Notes under the pieces: model-generated
Seen by the model: the letters and a program-made list of their open reading frames with translations, nothing else
Told to the model about the DNA's origin: nothing
Databases searched by the model: none
Source: a virus
Taxonomy: Duplodnaviria; Caudoviricetes
Virus record (IMG/VR): IMGVR_UViG_3300023297_000063
Span: 1-29,602 of that record
DNA: 29,602 bases
Reading direction: 5' to 3' (one strand)
Shown here: one piece after another, positions 1 to 7,083 of the stretch
Layout of the letters: every line of letters begins with the position of its first letter
Numbering within the stretch: position 1 is the stretch's first letter
Made by a program: the position numbers and the translations under genes

Positions 1-45
1 CCACGACCCCGACCAGTCTGTGTTATGGATGTTAATTAAGAACAT
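1..45 (-). CDS. Truncated ORF (MFLINIHNTDWSGSW...), possibly the start of a Ser/Trp/Gly repeat protein
   Basis: ATG at 45, 6 nt after the stop of 52..366; open to the window edge. Confidence 0.45.
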   Translation of the reverse strand, partial: MFLINIHNTDWSGSW

Positions 46-51
46 TCTGCC

Positions 52-366
52 CTACCATTTCACTGGATAAATTGCCTCAACTGATTGTCGCATAACCATA
101 GCCTTTTGCTTTGGCAAATCTTGTGCATCAGATGGAGAAGCGTTTGAGTAATCTCCCGTGTCGAATACTATCTGTGCCTCGTCTAGTTCAATGAAGGTCG
201 GGTTCACTGACTTTACTTTTCCAAAATAGATGTACCTAGCACACTGAAACGCCCACTTTTTGTCTACTAAGTCACCCATTCCGTTCACTTCAATCGGCTC
301 AAAATCATCTCCTAGCTGGTCTTTTATCTTTTCTAAAGTCTCGTCACTCACATCAATCATAGGCAT
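52..366 (-). CDS. Hypothetical phage protein, possibly a small beta-barrel (Sm-like) domain
   Basis: SD GGAGG upstream; beta-rich pattern KWAFQCARYIYFGKVKSV...IELDEAQIVFDTG. Confidence 0.6.
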   Translation of the reverse strand: MPMIDVSDETLEKIKDQLGDDFEPIEVNGMGDLVDKKWAFQCARYIYFGKVKSVNPTFIELDEAQIVFDTGDYSNASPSDAQDLPKQKAMVMRQSVEAIYPVKW

Positions 367-599
367 AATGCCTCCTTATTATTTTCTAATTTATTTAATC
401 TCTCATCTATTCTATGTATTTGTTCGTAGATATCGTTGTATCTTTTTCTGAACTCATCGTTAATCTTCTCCTCTATGTAAGTATCGGAGGGGTTTTCTAT
501 GTTCTGGTGTTCTTTCTTGTGTTTCTTTACATATTTTCTATGGTTATCAGCTAAGTTGTTTACTCTGTCTAATAATCTTTTGAAGTCTAGTTCTTTCAT
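357..599 (-). CDS. Hypothetical coiled-coil protein
   Basis: AGGAG SD; start coupled to the upstream stop. Confidence 0.65.
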   Translation of the reverse strand: MKELDFKRLLDRVNNLADNHRKYVKKHKKEHQNIENPSDTYIEEKINDEFRKRYNDIYEQIHRIDERLNKLENNKEALCL

Positions 600-600
600 A

Positions 601-882
601 TTACTCCTTTGGGAAATCCTTGCGGATTTCTTTAATACAGTGATTCCAACCAGTCATTTCGTCTTCATTGTAAATATTCGGGAACTTGTCCACTTCTTTT
701 GGAATACACTTCTCTATTCTCTCCCTCTCTTTTTTTAGTTCTTGGGAGATAGTTTTAGATATGAAGTCTTTAATTTCGTCGTATCTTGCACTTGTAAAGT
801 TATTGACAAAACCTACCTCGTTTCTGCCATATAAGTCGTCAAAGTCTTTATCAAAGTCTTTCTCCCACTTAGTATTTTTCAT
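601..882 (-). CDS. Hypothetical phage protein (likely start MKNTKW at 882)
   Basis: GAGG SD before ATG 882; C-terminal GWNxCIxEI pattern seen in small phage proteins. Confidence 0.65.
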   Translation of the reverse strand: MKNTKWEKDFDKDFDDLYGRNEVGFVNNFTSARYDEIKDFISKTISQELKKERERIEKCIPKEVDKFPNIYNEDEMTGWNHCIKEIRKDFPKE

Positions 883-1282
883 TGTAAGTTCCTCTCCCAT
901 CTTTAAAAGCTCTAATAGTTTTTGTGTTCCAAAATAAGTTTTGGATAGCTTGTTTCCTTTTCTCTGGTGTTAAATCATATCTTCTGTGGCAGGAACGACA
1001 CATCCTTTGATAGTTCCCTCTGTGCTTCTCGTGCTTTTTCCCAATCTTCAGACACCATTCGAAAGTATTGCTCTTTTGTTCACACTTTGGGTTTTCACAA
1101 TGTTTTGGTTTGCCGTAGTGTGTGTTAAGCCATTGATGTACCGAAGTTCTGTGTGTTGGTTTGTCTTTCCAGTTTGGTGCTTTATCTCCCTTTACCCCCC
1201 TCAGGCTCTGCCAATAACACTCTCTGGAACAGAACTTGTTGGTAGCTAGCTTGGTAGGTTTTCCACATATTTTGCATTTCAT
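869..1282 (-). CDS. HNH-type (Zn-binding) endonuclease with N-terminal Zn finger
   Basis: CxxC...FCSREC; HQWL...KPKHCENPKC...NYQRMCRSCHRRYD. Confidence 0.65.
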   Translation of the reverse strand: MKCKICGKPTKLATNKFCSRECYWQSLRGVKGDKAPNWKDKPTHRTSVHQWLNTHYGKPKHCENPKCEQKSNTFEWCLKIGKKHEKHRGNYQRMCRSCHRRYDLTPEKRKQAIQNLFWNTKTIRAFKDGRGTYNEKY

Positions 1283-1288
1283 ATTACC

Positions 1289-1317
1289 ATTATATATCTA
1301 TGTCTATCAAATGTCAA
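1289..1317 (-). promoter_or_regulatory. Consensus sigma70-type promoter; predicted leaderless transcript
   Basis: TTGACA (1317-1312), 17 nt, TATAAT (1294-1289); ATG at 1282 with no SD. Confidence 0.8.
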
Positions 1318-1335
1318 GCTCCCATTGTTTGTCTG

Positions 1336-1677
1336 TCATATTCTCTCCCATTGCTCTTTCATTAGCTTGTCAACCATAATATAAACATCAGACTTTAACC
1401 CCTCTTTGTTCACCTTGTAGGTGCTGTGCTTGTCTTGGTTCACTTCTAAGATGCGTTCTACATCGCGGAGGAGTTTGTCCTCCCAGTTTTTGGTTGTCAT
1501 TTTGTTTCCTCTTTTAGTTGTTTTGTTGTCTGTCATAATATGTTCCTCTGGTTCGTCTGCTTCTATTTCTTCGTAGTGGAACTGACCGCTAGTATCGCAT
1601 AGGCAACGGTCTTCTACCTTATTTTTACCGAAGTGTGGTTTCCCACAAAGGTTACAGACTTGTACTACTCTTTTCAT
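1336..1677 (-). CDS. Hypothetical protein with N-terminal CxxC; apparently a composite of in-frame gene starts
   Basis: AGGAACATATTATGA at the start and repeated internally at 1533-1547. Confidence 0.55.
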   Translation of the reverse strand: MKRVVQVCNLCGKPHFGKNKVEDRCLCDTSGQFHYEEIEADEPEEHIMTDNKTTKRGNKMTTKNWEDKLLRDVERILEVNQDKHSTYKVNKEGLKSDVYIMVDKLMKEQWERI

Positions 1678-1691
1678 AATATGTTCCTTAA

Positions 1692-2180
1692 TTAAAGTGT
1701 TTCTAAAAACTTCTCTAAGTCTTCGTCTTGCACCATATCATCACGTCCAAACTTACCATCTAAATAACCCTTGTCATACAGCCACTCTGCTATCTTCTCT
1801 GCTTTGGTTTCTTTGGGTTCGATATTGTAAGTCCAAGACTCGCACTGTTTACCGTTAGATTCACATTTTTTGAAACATTCCCCACAAGCGAATTTCTCGT
1901 TTTTATGGTTGTAATGCAAATCTACTCCTGATACGCCACAATAATAACACGATATTGGCTCCCCTTCTTTGTCTTTGGTTTCTTTGGCTAATTTAGTCAT
2001 CTTGCTCTGCTCATCGTTTGATGCCTGAATGGCTTTGTCAACACACTCTTTGAAGGTGTCTGTGAGCATTATGCTCTGGGTGTGTTCCTCTTGGTGCTTG
2101 CTAAAAGCGTCTATCAATTCGTTCAATGTAGATACCATTTGTCCAAAGTCTTCTATAAATGCTCCTGTTATTCTTTTCAT
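1692..2180 (-). CDS. Hypothetical protein with Zn-finger insert; paralog of 2217..2663
   Basis: Shares NEL.D...HQEEH, KETK, KA.KIAE and the terminal ETL. Confidence 0.7.
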   Translation of the reverse strand: MKRITGAFIEDFGQMVSTLNELIDAFSKHQEEHTQSIMLTDTFKECVDKAIQASNDEQSKMTKLAKETKDKEGEPISCYYCGVSGVDLHYNHKNEKFACGECFKKCESNGKQCESWTYNIEPKETKAEKIAEWLYDKGYLDGKFGRDDMVQDEDLEKFLETL

Positions 2181-2216
2181 AACTTTCCTTTTAATTAGGG
2201 AAATACTTGCGTATTT

Positions 2217-2663
2217 CTAAAGTGTTTCTATTACTTCTAAGAACTCCTTAAGCATAGCTCCAAAATGTGGTTCATCTAATTCCATATCCCTATAATCGTG
2301 AGCATAGTCTTTGATTAGCTCTGCTATCTTGTCTGCTTTGGGTTTATACTTCGATGCAAATTCAATACCGCATAACTTGCAATATGGCGATATGTTCAAA
2401 TCAAATTCATGTTTACACTCTTTGGTTTCTTTGGGTTGGTCTGTTCCCCTACCAGATGAAAATATCTTGCCCTCTATTTCTGGTGCGTACACAGTTTTGA
2501 TAGCGTCTAATAGTCCTTCGTGTTCCTCTTGGTGACTGTTAGCGAAGTCAACTAATTCGTTTGTTTTCTCGACAACTCCTCGTAAGACCATATCTTTTGA
2601 TTCAAATGTGTCTTTCATAATCTCCACGGGCTGATAGTCGTCTAGTTTGGTTATCTTTTTCAT
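2217..2663 (-). CDS. Hypothetical protein with Zn-finger insert; paralog of 1692..2180
   Basis: AAGGAG SD; CKHEF...CKLCG; shared blocks with the neighbour. Confidence 0.7.
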   Translation of the reverse strand: MKKITKLDDYQPVEIMKDTFESKDMVLRGVVEKTNELVDFANSHQEEHEGLLDAIKTVYAPEIEGKIFSSGRGTDQPKETKECKHEFDLNISPYCKLCGIEFASKYKPKADKIAELIKDYAHDYRDMELDEPHFGAMLKEFLEVIETL

Positions 2664-2687
2664 ATATCTCCTTGATTAGGGAAATGC

Positions 2688-2801
2688 TTACGCATTTCTA
2701 AATACTTCCTCTATAATTTTATCAACCTCATCACACGCTTTTTTGTCGCCTTCCCAATGCATCAGGAACTCTCGTATTGCTTTTTTTAGTTTCTCTTTCA
2801 T
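2688..2801 (-). CDS. Small hypothetical protein, 37 aa (MKEKLKKAIREFLMHW...), absent from the ORF track
   Basis: AGGAGG SD; TAA stop falls in the loop of the hairpin at 2681-2698. Confidence 0.6.
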   Translation of the reverse strand: MKEKLKKAIREFLMHWEGDKKACDEVDKIIEEVFRNA

Positions 2802-2845
2802 CTTGTCCTCCTAGTTAATTAGGGGAGATTCTTGCGAATCTCTGT

Positions 2846-2996
2846 TAGTTGATTAAGTGGTGTTGGTAAGCGATACTCTGTTGATGTCGGTCACTCTCCG
2901 ACCAGCTCGTTGTGTTTTTTTGGCATCAGGAAGTTAAAACCTGCTTATTACCCATTGGGTCGCTGTACTAGCTTACCAACACCATTCAATCAATTA
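2846..2996 (-). ncRNA. Candidate structured ncRNA with a 26-bp closing stem
   Basis: Inverted repeat 2846-2871 / 2971-2996 (23/26 Watson-Crick); internal stems ACCC/GGGT, CAGG/CCTG, GTCGG/CCGAC; intergenic; strand inferred from context. Confidence 0.55.
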
Positions 2997-3023
2997 GTTT
3001 CTCCCCAGAGGGTAGAGGCAGAG

Positions 3024-3118
3024 TGGTGGAGGCAAGGTTTGACTTGCAGACAATTCACCTTGGAAATTAGGCATTGTTTAATTTTCCTATGTAACGGCTC
3101 ACAGTCCGCCACTCCACC
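3024..3118 (-). ncRNA. tRNA-like RNA or pseudo-tRNA
   Basis: Acceptor GGTGGAG/CTCCACC+A; TG; D-stem GCGG/CCGT; T-arm GCAAG-TCAAAC-CTTGC; no canonical anticodon loop. Confidence 0.55.
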
Positions 3119-3199
3119 ATTCCACCCCTACCCTTCTGTTTGTTGTGGGAGTATTTTAGGGAAATTCTTGCGAATTTCCTACCCTCCTTATTAAGTCTT

Positions 3200-3694
3200 C
3201 TATTCAAATATCTCGTCTACATCTATCTCTTCTTCGTCTACCTGTGAGTCCTGTGCTTCTTCTTTGCTACCAAAGGTTTCTGTTCCTTCGTCTGTAGCAC
3301 CGAATAGCTTCTCTAGGTCTATGTCCGCTTCTTTGATTTTATCTTTTTCTTCAGAAGTTATCTCTGATTTCTTGGGGCTGGGAGTCACTGTGTAATAACT
3401 GCCCTGTTCCTCTGTTCTTGTGATAGTCAAATCATATTGGGTGGGGTCTCCCCAATCTTCTTCATTGGCTAGTTTCTTGACTTCTCTATAAATCATTACT
3501 CCGCCCTTAAAGCCTTTGATTTCCCCGTCTTCTCGGTTGATAACTGTCCACGCAAATCGTTCGTTCGTCTCTCCCTTGTATTCCTCTTGGAAGTGAATCG
3601 GGGCAGACGCTAATCTAATTTTAACTTTATCTCCTTTGCCCGACAATCTTAAATAAGGGCTGTTGCTTTTGGGTTCGTATTCATAGTCTTTCAT
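3200..3694 (-). CDS. Probable phage single-stranded DNA-binding protein
   Basis: WGDPTQYDLTITRT...YTVTP motif; acidic tail ending EEEIDVDEIFE; next to an exonuclease. Confidence 0.6.
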   Translation of the reverse strand: MKDYEYEPKSNSPYLRLSGKGDKVKIRLASAPIHFQEEYKGETNERFAWTVINREDGEIKGFKGGVMIYREVKKLANEEDWGDPTQYDLTITRTEEQGSYYTVTPSPKKSEITSEEKDKIKEADIDLEKLFGATDEGTETFGSKEEAQDSQVDEEEIDVDEIFE

Positions 3695-4370
3695 CTTTCT
3701 CCTTTGCTTTTAATGTTGCCTCTTTACTTGTTAGATTTATATAATCGGGGTAACTTGCATACTTGGCGTTCTTCTGCCATTTGTATCGGGGTTCAAACTC
3801 TGGCACAATACCCGTCTGGAAGGCTTCAGATGCCTCTCTAATGACTTTATCTACGCTTTCTGAGTAATCGGCTGTCTCTTTGACAAAGTGCTCTATGCGG
3901 TAATCGTCTGCCGAAACATAAACTATATGAAATCGGGGTGCTTTCATCGCCATAGCGTAAAAACAGGCTTGTAGGATAACTTGGGGGTCTGCATCTCCTT
4001 GAGTTTCTATTCTTTTGAACTTAGAGTTCTTGACTGATTTAACTTCGTAGGGCTCGTCTTTGAATATGAAATCGACAACTCCGACTGTGTTCTTGTATTC
4101 AACTTCCTTTTGAACATCAGTTATTCTGAGTTTCATCTTTAGAATGTCGATTACTTTCTCTTCTACATCTTTCCCTCTGGCGAATAAGCAGAGAACATAG
4201 TCATCAACTTCGGGAGTTTCTATTCCCATTAAGTGTAAAACTTGCCATTGCAAAGCCCAGCCTAGTCTTGAGGCTGATAGCTTTCCCGAACTTACGTGCT
4301 TCTCTCGTTCTTTGTCGTTGAGTTCACGTATGGTGTCTTTGAATACTTTGTCTAGTGAATGAATAATCAT
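3681..4370 (-). CDS. Cas4-like PD-(D/E)XK exonuclease (likely start MIIHSL at 4370)
   Basis: LSASRLG, RGKDVE, GVVD...YEVKS, QACFY motifs; AGGAG SD before 4370. Confidence 0.75.
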   Translation of the reverse strand: MIIHSLDKVFKDTIRELNDKEREKHVSSGKLSASRLGWALQWQVLHLMGIETPEVDDYVLCLFARGKDVEEKVIDILKMKLRITDVQKEVEYKNTVGVVDFIFKDEPYEVKSVKNSKFKRIETQGDADPQVILQACFYAMAMKAPRFHIVYVSADDYRIEHFVKETADYSESVDKVIREASEAFQTGIVPEFEPRYKWQKNAKYASYPDYINLTSKEATLKAKEKDERL

Positions 4371-4588
4371 TTGTCTCCTTTGGGCAATTCTTGCGAATTG
4401 CTTTGTACAACCCTTACACCTTTTACCGAATCCAAAAACCAAGTTCTCGTCTTGGTAGGAAAGTTGTAGTTTGTATCGAAACGCATTCCTGCCTTTAGTA
4501 GCTCCATTTCTGCTTTGTCCAGGTGTTCCATTTGTTTCTTTGTTCTGTTTTTAAATATTATATCCACATTAACGTTTGCTTTTTTCAT
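4367..4588 (-). CDS. Hypothetical protein
   Basis: GAGG SD; overlaps both neighbours by 4 nt. Confidence 0.6.
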   Translation of the reverse strand: MKKANVNVDIIFKNRTKKQMEHLDKAEMELLKAGMRFDTNYNFPTKTRTWFLDSVKGVRVVQSNSQELPKGDK

Positions 4589-4773
4589 TGTACCGCCTCA
4601 TGTTCTCTCTGCATATCAGCTTGGTCTTCTCGCATAGCGTCATAAGCCATCTCGGCTCTCTCTTCTATTCTGTCTTTGCAATCACCACAGTAAGCTAACT
4701 CATCGTCTCCCCAGATAGCGTCATCTAGTGAGTATTCCTTCTCGCAGTAATTGCATTTGAATGTGTTGTTCAT
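4585..4773 (-). CDS. Small Zn-finger protein
   Basis: CNYC...CGDC; AGGAG SD. Confidence 0.65.
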   Translation of the reverse strand: MNNTFKCNYCEKEYSLDDAIWGDDELAYCGDCKDRIEERAEMAYDAMREDQADMQREHEAVQ

Positions 4774-4937
4774 AGCTCTCCTTTCAATACTTTTACGTCT
4801 TCCTTATTCCAATTATCTCTAAACATATTTGCCACTTCCCTTATAGATATTCCAGGCTCATTTCTGGTATCGTTTATAGCCAACATAAGCATTTCTTTGT
4901 TGTGTTCGTAAACCTCTCGTGGCGTTATTTCATTCAT
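4770..4937 (-). CDS. Small hypothetical protein, 55 aa (MNEITPREVYEH...), absent from the ORF track
   Basis: AAGGAG SD; ATGA overlap with the next gene. Confidence 0.65.
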   Translation of the reverse strand: MNEITPREVYEHNKEMLMLAINDTRNEPGISIREVANMFRDNWNKEDVKVLKGEL

Positions 4938-5050
4938 AATTATCTCCTTTTTAATTCGGTTTAGTTTGTGGCGTTTGCATATAGAGGAGTTTGCAAGTGT
5001 CCTCTATCGAAGTGGGCTTTCAGGCTTTCTCCTAATGTTGCCACCACATC

Positions 5051-5218
5051 TTATAAGTTTTTAACTTTAATTTCTTTTTGGACTTCTTTATCTCTTAAGA
5101 TTATCTCTTCAATCATCTGGGAACGCTTAACATTTAATCTTGGTTGTCGTTTTGCTATTTTTTCTATTACCCTTAATACTTCGGGGTGCATTGTAATGGC
5201 TATTTTTAGTCTTTTCAT
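5051..5218 (-). CDS. Ribbon-helix-helix (CopG/Arc/MetJ-like) DNA-binding protein, 55 aa, absent from the ORF track
   Basis: MKRLKIAITMHPEVLRVIEKIAKRQPRLNVKRSQMIEEII: alternating beta strand, helix, then RSxxIxxxI helix; AGGAG SD; own promoter. Confidence 0.7.
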   Translation of the reverse strand: MKRLKIAITMHPEVLRVIEKIAKRQPRLNVKRSQMIEEIILRDKEVQKEIKVKNL

Positions 5219-5247
5219 TTCATTACTCCTATTATTATTATATATTT

Positions 5248-5276
5248 AGTCTAGCATACCCGTTCTTACTTGTCAA
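5248..5276 (-). promoter_or_regulatory. sigma70-type promoter
   Basis: TTGACA, 17 nt, TAGACT with extended -10 TG. Confidence 0.75.
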
Positions 5277-5281
5277 TACTA

Positions 5282-5617
5282 CTAGAACAGCTTATGTTGT
5301 TTTGGCTTTATAGTATTATGTTTTTGCATAATTGCACAAGCACCTGCGGGATTGGTTGCTACTTCAAACTTATTCTCTGGAATAAACTCTTGCTCTCCGT
5401 GTCCGAAGTTCTGTTTGATTGACTTCTCAAATACAGATATTGGAGCAACGAGATAGACCTTTTCTTCTTGTTCGATTAAGACAACAAAGTCAGCGTCTTT
5501 CTTTATTCGTTGAACGATAGTGTCTTGAAATCCCCAAGCCTTTAACACTCTATGGAAGTGTACAGACCTTTTAACTTTCTTTTGGAATACTCCTTTTTGT
5601 ATTTTTCCCCAAGTCAT
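5282..5617 (-). CDS. Hypothetical phage protein
   Basis: Coupled start; KRSVHF...AWG...GHGEQEFIP. Confidence 0.65.
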   Translation of the reverse strand: MTWGKIQKGVFQKKVKRSVHFHRVLKAWGFQDTIVQRIKKDADFVVLIEQEEKVYLVAPISVFEKSIKQNFGHGEQEFIPENKFEVATNPAGACAIMQKHNTIKPKQHKLF

Positions 5618-5928
5618 TTGCTTCCTTTGTTTCTCTTCTCAAACGCCTCTTCTTTAAGTCTCATCTTTTTCTCTTGTTCGTTCTCTAGCGGGAATGGTCT
5701 GACATTTACAGACCTCCTGTATACATCCGTTAGCCCCAACTCGTCATTGTTTTGTAGTTCTATCTTTCCACTTTTAAGCTTATTAATTACATCTTCTGTG
5801 TCCGCAGTTAAAAAACCAACAACAATTCCACCATCTCTTTCATCTAACATCCAATATGTTGGCGATGATTCATGCTTGGTTTTCCAATCTCTTGAACTAA
5901 TCATTTTTTTTGCCCAAACTTGATACAT
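5614..5928 (-). CDS. Hypothetical protein
   Basis: AAGGAG SD; overlaps the rep gene end. Confidence 0.6.
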   Translation of the reverse strand: MYQVWAKKMISSRDWKTKHESSPTYWMLDERDGGIVVGFLTADTEDVINKLKSGKIELQNNDELGLTDVYRRSVNVRPFPLENEQEKKMRLKEEAFEKRNKGSK

Positions 5929-6568
5929 TGTTCTCCTTGTTTAGTTTGTGTAATCTTAAATATTCTGGTATTTCAACATCTCCTACTTCTATCTTTTGTT
6001 TTTCGTCTGAAAACTCGGTAGCCCTTTTCATCCAATTCTCTAGGAAAGCTTTGTAATTTTTATAACGCTTACCATTCATATTTAACCAATTAATTGCTCT
6101 TTCTATTTCCTCTTCTAAGTGGGTATTTGGGTATTTCTTTTCAAAGTATGTTTTATCTTTGGTGGGTATGGAAACAAGCCATTGTTTCCCATACTCTTCT
6201 TTATTCTTTACTTCTTTACTTCTTGTTAGAGTGTCATCTTGTTGTCTGCTTGTTGTCATCTTGTTGTCATCGTTGTTGTTACCGACCTGTTGATAACTCT
6301 CCCAATTCGATACTATATAGGTACTATATTTGTTGTTACTCCTTAGTGTCATCATTTTGGCTTTTACAAGCCTCATAGAAGCACCATAGGTTGTTGTTGG
6401 CTTCAAACCGCAATGTTCAGCCAACTGAAATCTGCCACCCTCCCAAACTCCTGTTTTTCTATCTACCAACAACAGCAATGTTATAAACACCTTGAATGCG
6501 TTGGTATCTCTTTTCAGGAAATCGTTGTCTATGATTTTGCGGTGAAGTTTCACCCAACCATTTCTCAT
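5897..6568 (-). CDS. Phage replication initiator (replisome-organizer-like); likely start MRNGWVKLHRK at 6568
   Basis: GWVKLHRKI N-terminus, low-complexity T/D/N linker, C-terminal YKNYKAFLENW; AGGAG SD. Confidence 0.8.
   Translation of the reverse strand: MRNGWVKLHRKIIDNDFLKRDTNAFKVFITLLLLVDRKTGVWEGGRFQLAEHCGLKPTTTYGASMRLVKAKMMTLRSNNKYSTYIVSNWESYQQVGNNNDDNKMTTSRQQDDTLTRSKEVKNKEEYGKQWLVSIPTKDKTYFEKKYPNTHLEEEIERAINWLNMNGKRYKNYKAFLENWMKRATEFSDEKQKIEVGDVEIPEYLRLHKLNKENNVSSLGKKND
6232..6280. repeat. Iteron-like repeats inside the initiator gene (candidate origin)
   Basis: TTGTTGTCATC tandem copies at 6250 and 6261, overlapping TGTCATCTTGTTGTC at 6232, and TGTCATC at about 6347. Confidence 0.55.
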
Positions 6569-6585
6569 TAGTTCTCCTAATAAAA

Positions 6586-6668
6586 TACCCCAGAGAAATC
6601 GGTTGAGGATTGGCTCTGGGGTAAACATATTTAGCTAAACGTGTTTTCATAAAAAATCCCCAACCGAT
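6586..6668 (-). promoter_or_regulatory. Structured 5' leader of the rep gene (attenuator or pseudoknot candidate)
   Basis: 10-bp hairpin TACCCCAGAG/CTCTGGGGTA followed by TTTTATT; loop complementary to 6654-6668. Confidence 0.6.
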
Positions 6669-6675
6669 TGTCTAT

Positions 6676-6704
6676 ATTCTATCTGCTCTCTTTTCTTTTG
6701 TCAA
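6676..6704 (-). promoter_or_regulatory. sigma70-type promoter for the replication operon
   Basis: TTGACA, 17 nt, TAGAAT. Confidence 0.75.
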
Positions 6705-6724
6705 TAGAATATACTGTTGATAAC

Positions 6725-7075
6725 CTAGTCACCACAATAAAATCCTAAGTCGTTACCCCAATTATCCCAACCTAACCAAGTGCAACCATCTCCGCCATCG
6801 CTACCATCGCTACCAGATTGACCTGCCGAACCTGTGTCGCCTTTTGAGCCAGTAGCACCTGTTTGACCTACTGCTCCTGCTTCTCCCGCTACGCCTGTTG
6901 CACCCGTATCACCTGTAAAGCCTCTTAACTCCTCCTTGTGGTCTTGGACATAACTCTCTACATTAGCGGGAATACTAACCACAGCATAAACCGCTATCGC
7001 CATTGCTATAACCGCAACACTCATAATCGCTATCTCTTTTCCGTTCTCTTTCACTCCTTTAATAAACCTTTTCAT
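6725..7075 (-). CDS. Membrane-anchored collagen-like protein
   Basis: N-terminal hydrophobic helix; about 15 Gly-X-Y triplets; short Cys-flanked Trp-rich tip. Confidence 0.75.
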   Translation of the reverse strand: MKRFIKGVKENGKEIAIMSVAVIAMAIAVYAVVSIPANVESYVQDHKEELRGFTGDTGATGVAGEAGAVGQTGATGSKGDTGSAGQSGSDGSDGGDGCTWLGWDNWGNDLGFYCGD

Positions 7076-7083
7076 TTTGCTCC

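Noticed and set aside
3024-3118. Functional tRNA or tmRNA (ends in CTCCACCA)
   Set aside because: No canonical anticodon loop, 6-nt T-loop, no tag reading frame, and no Ala-type G3-U70 acceptor
613-4401. Hairpin repeats near a Cas4-like gene as a CRISPR array
   Set aside because: Repeats are 18 nt, vary in sequence and are separated by whole genes; no regular spacers and no other cas genes
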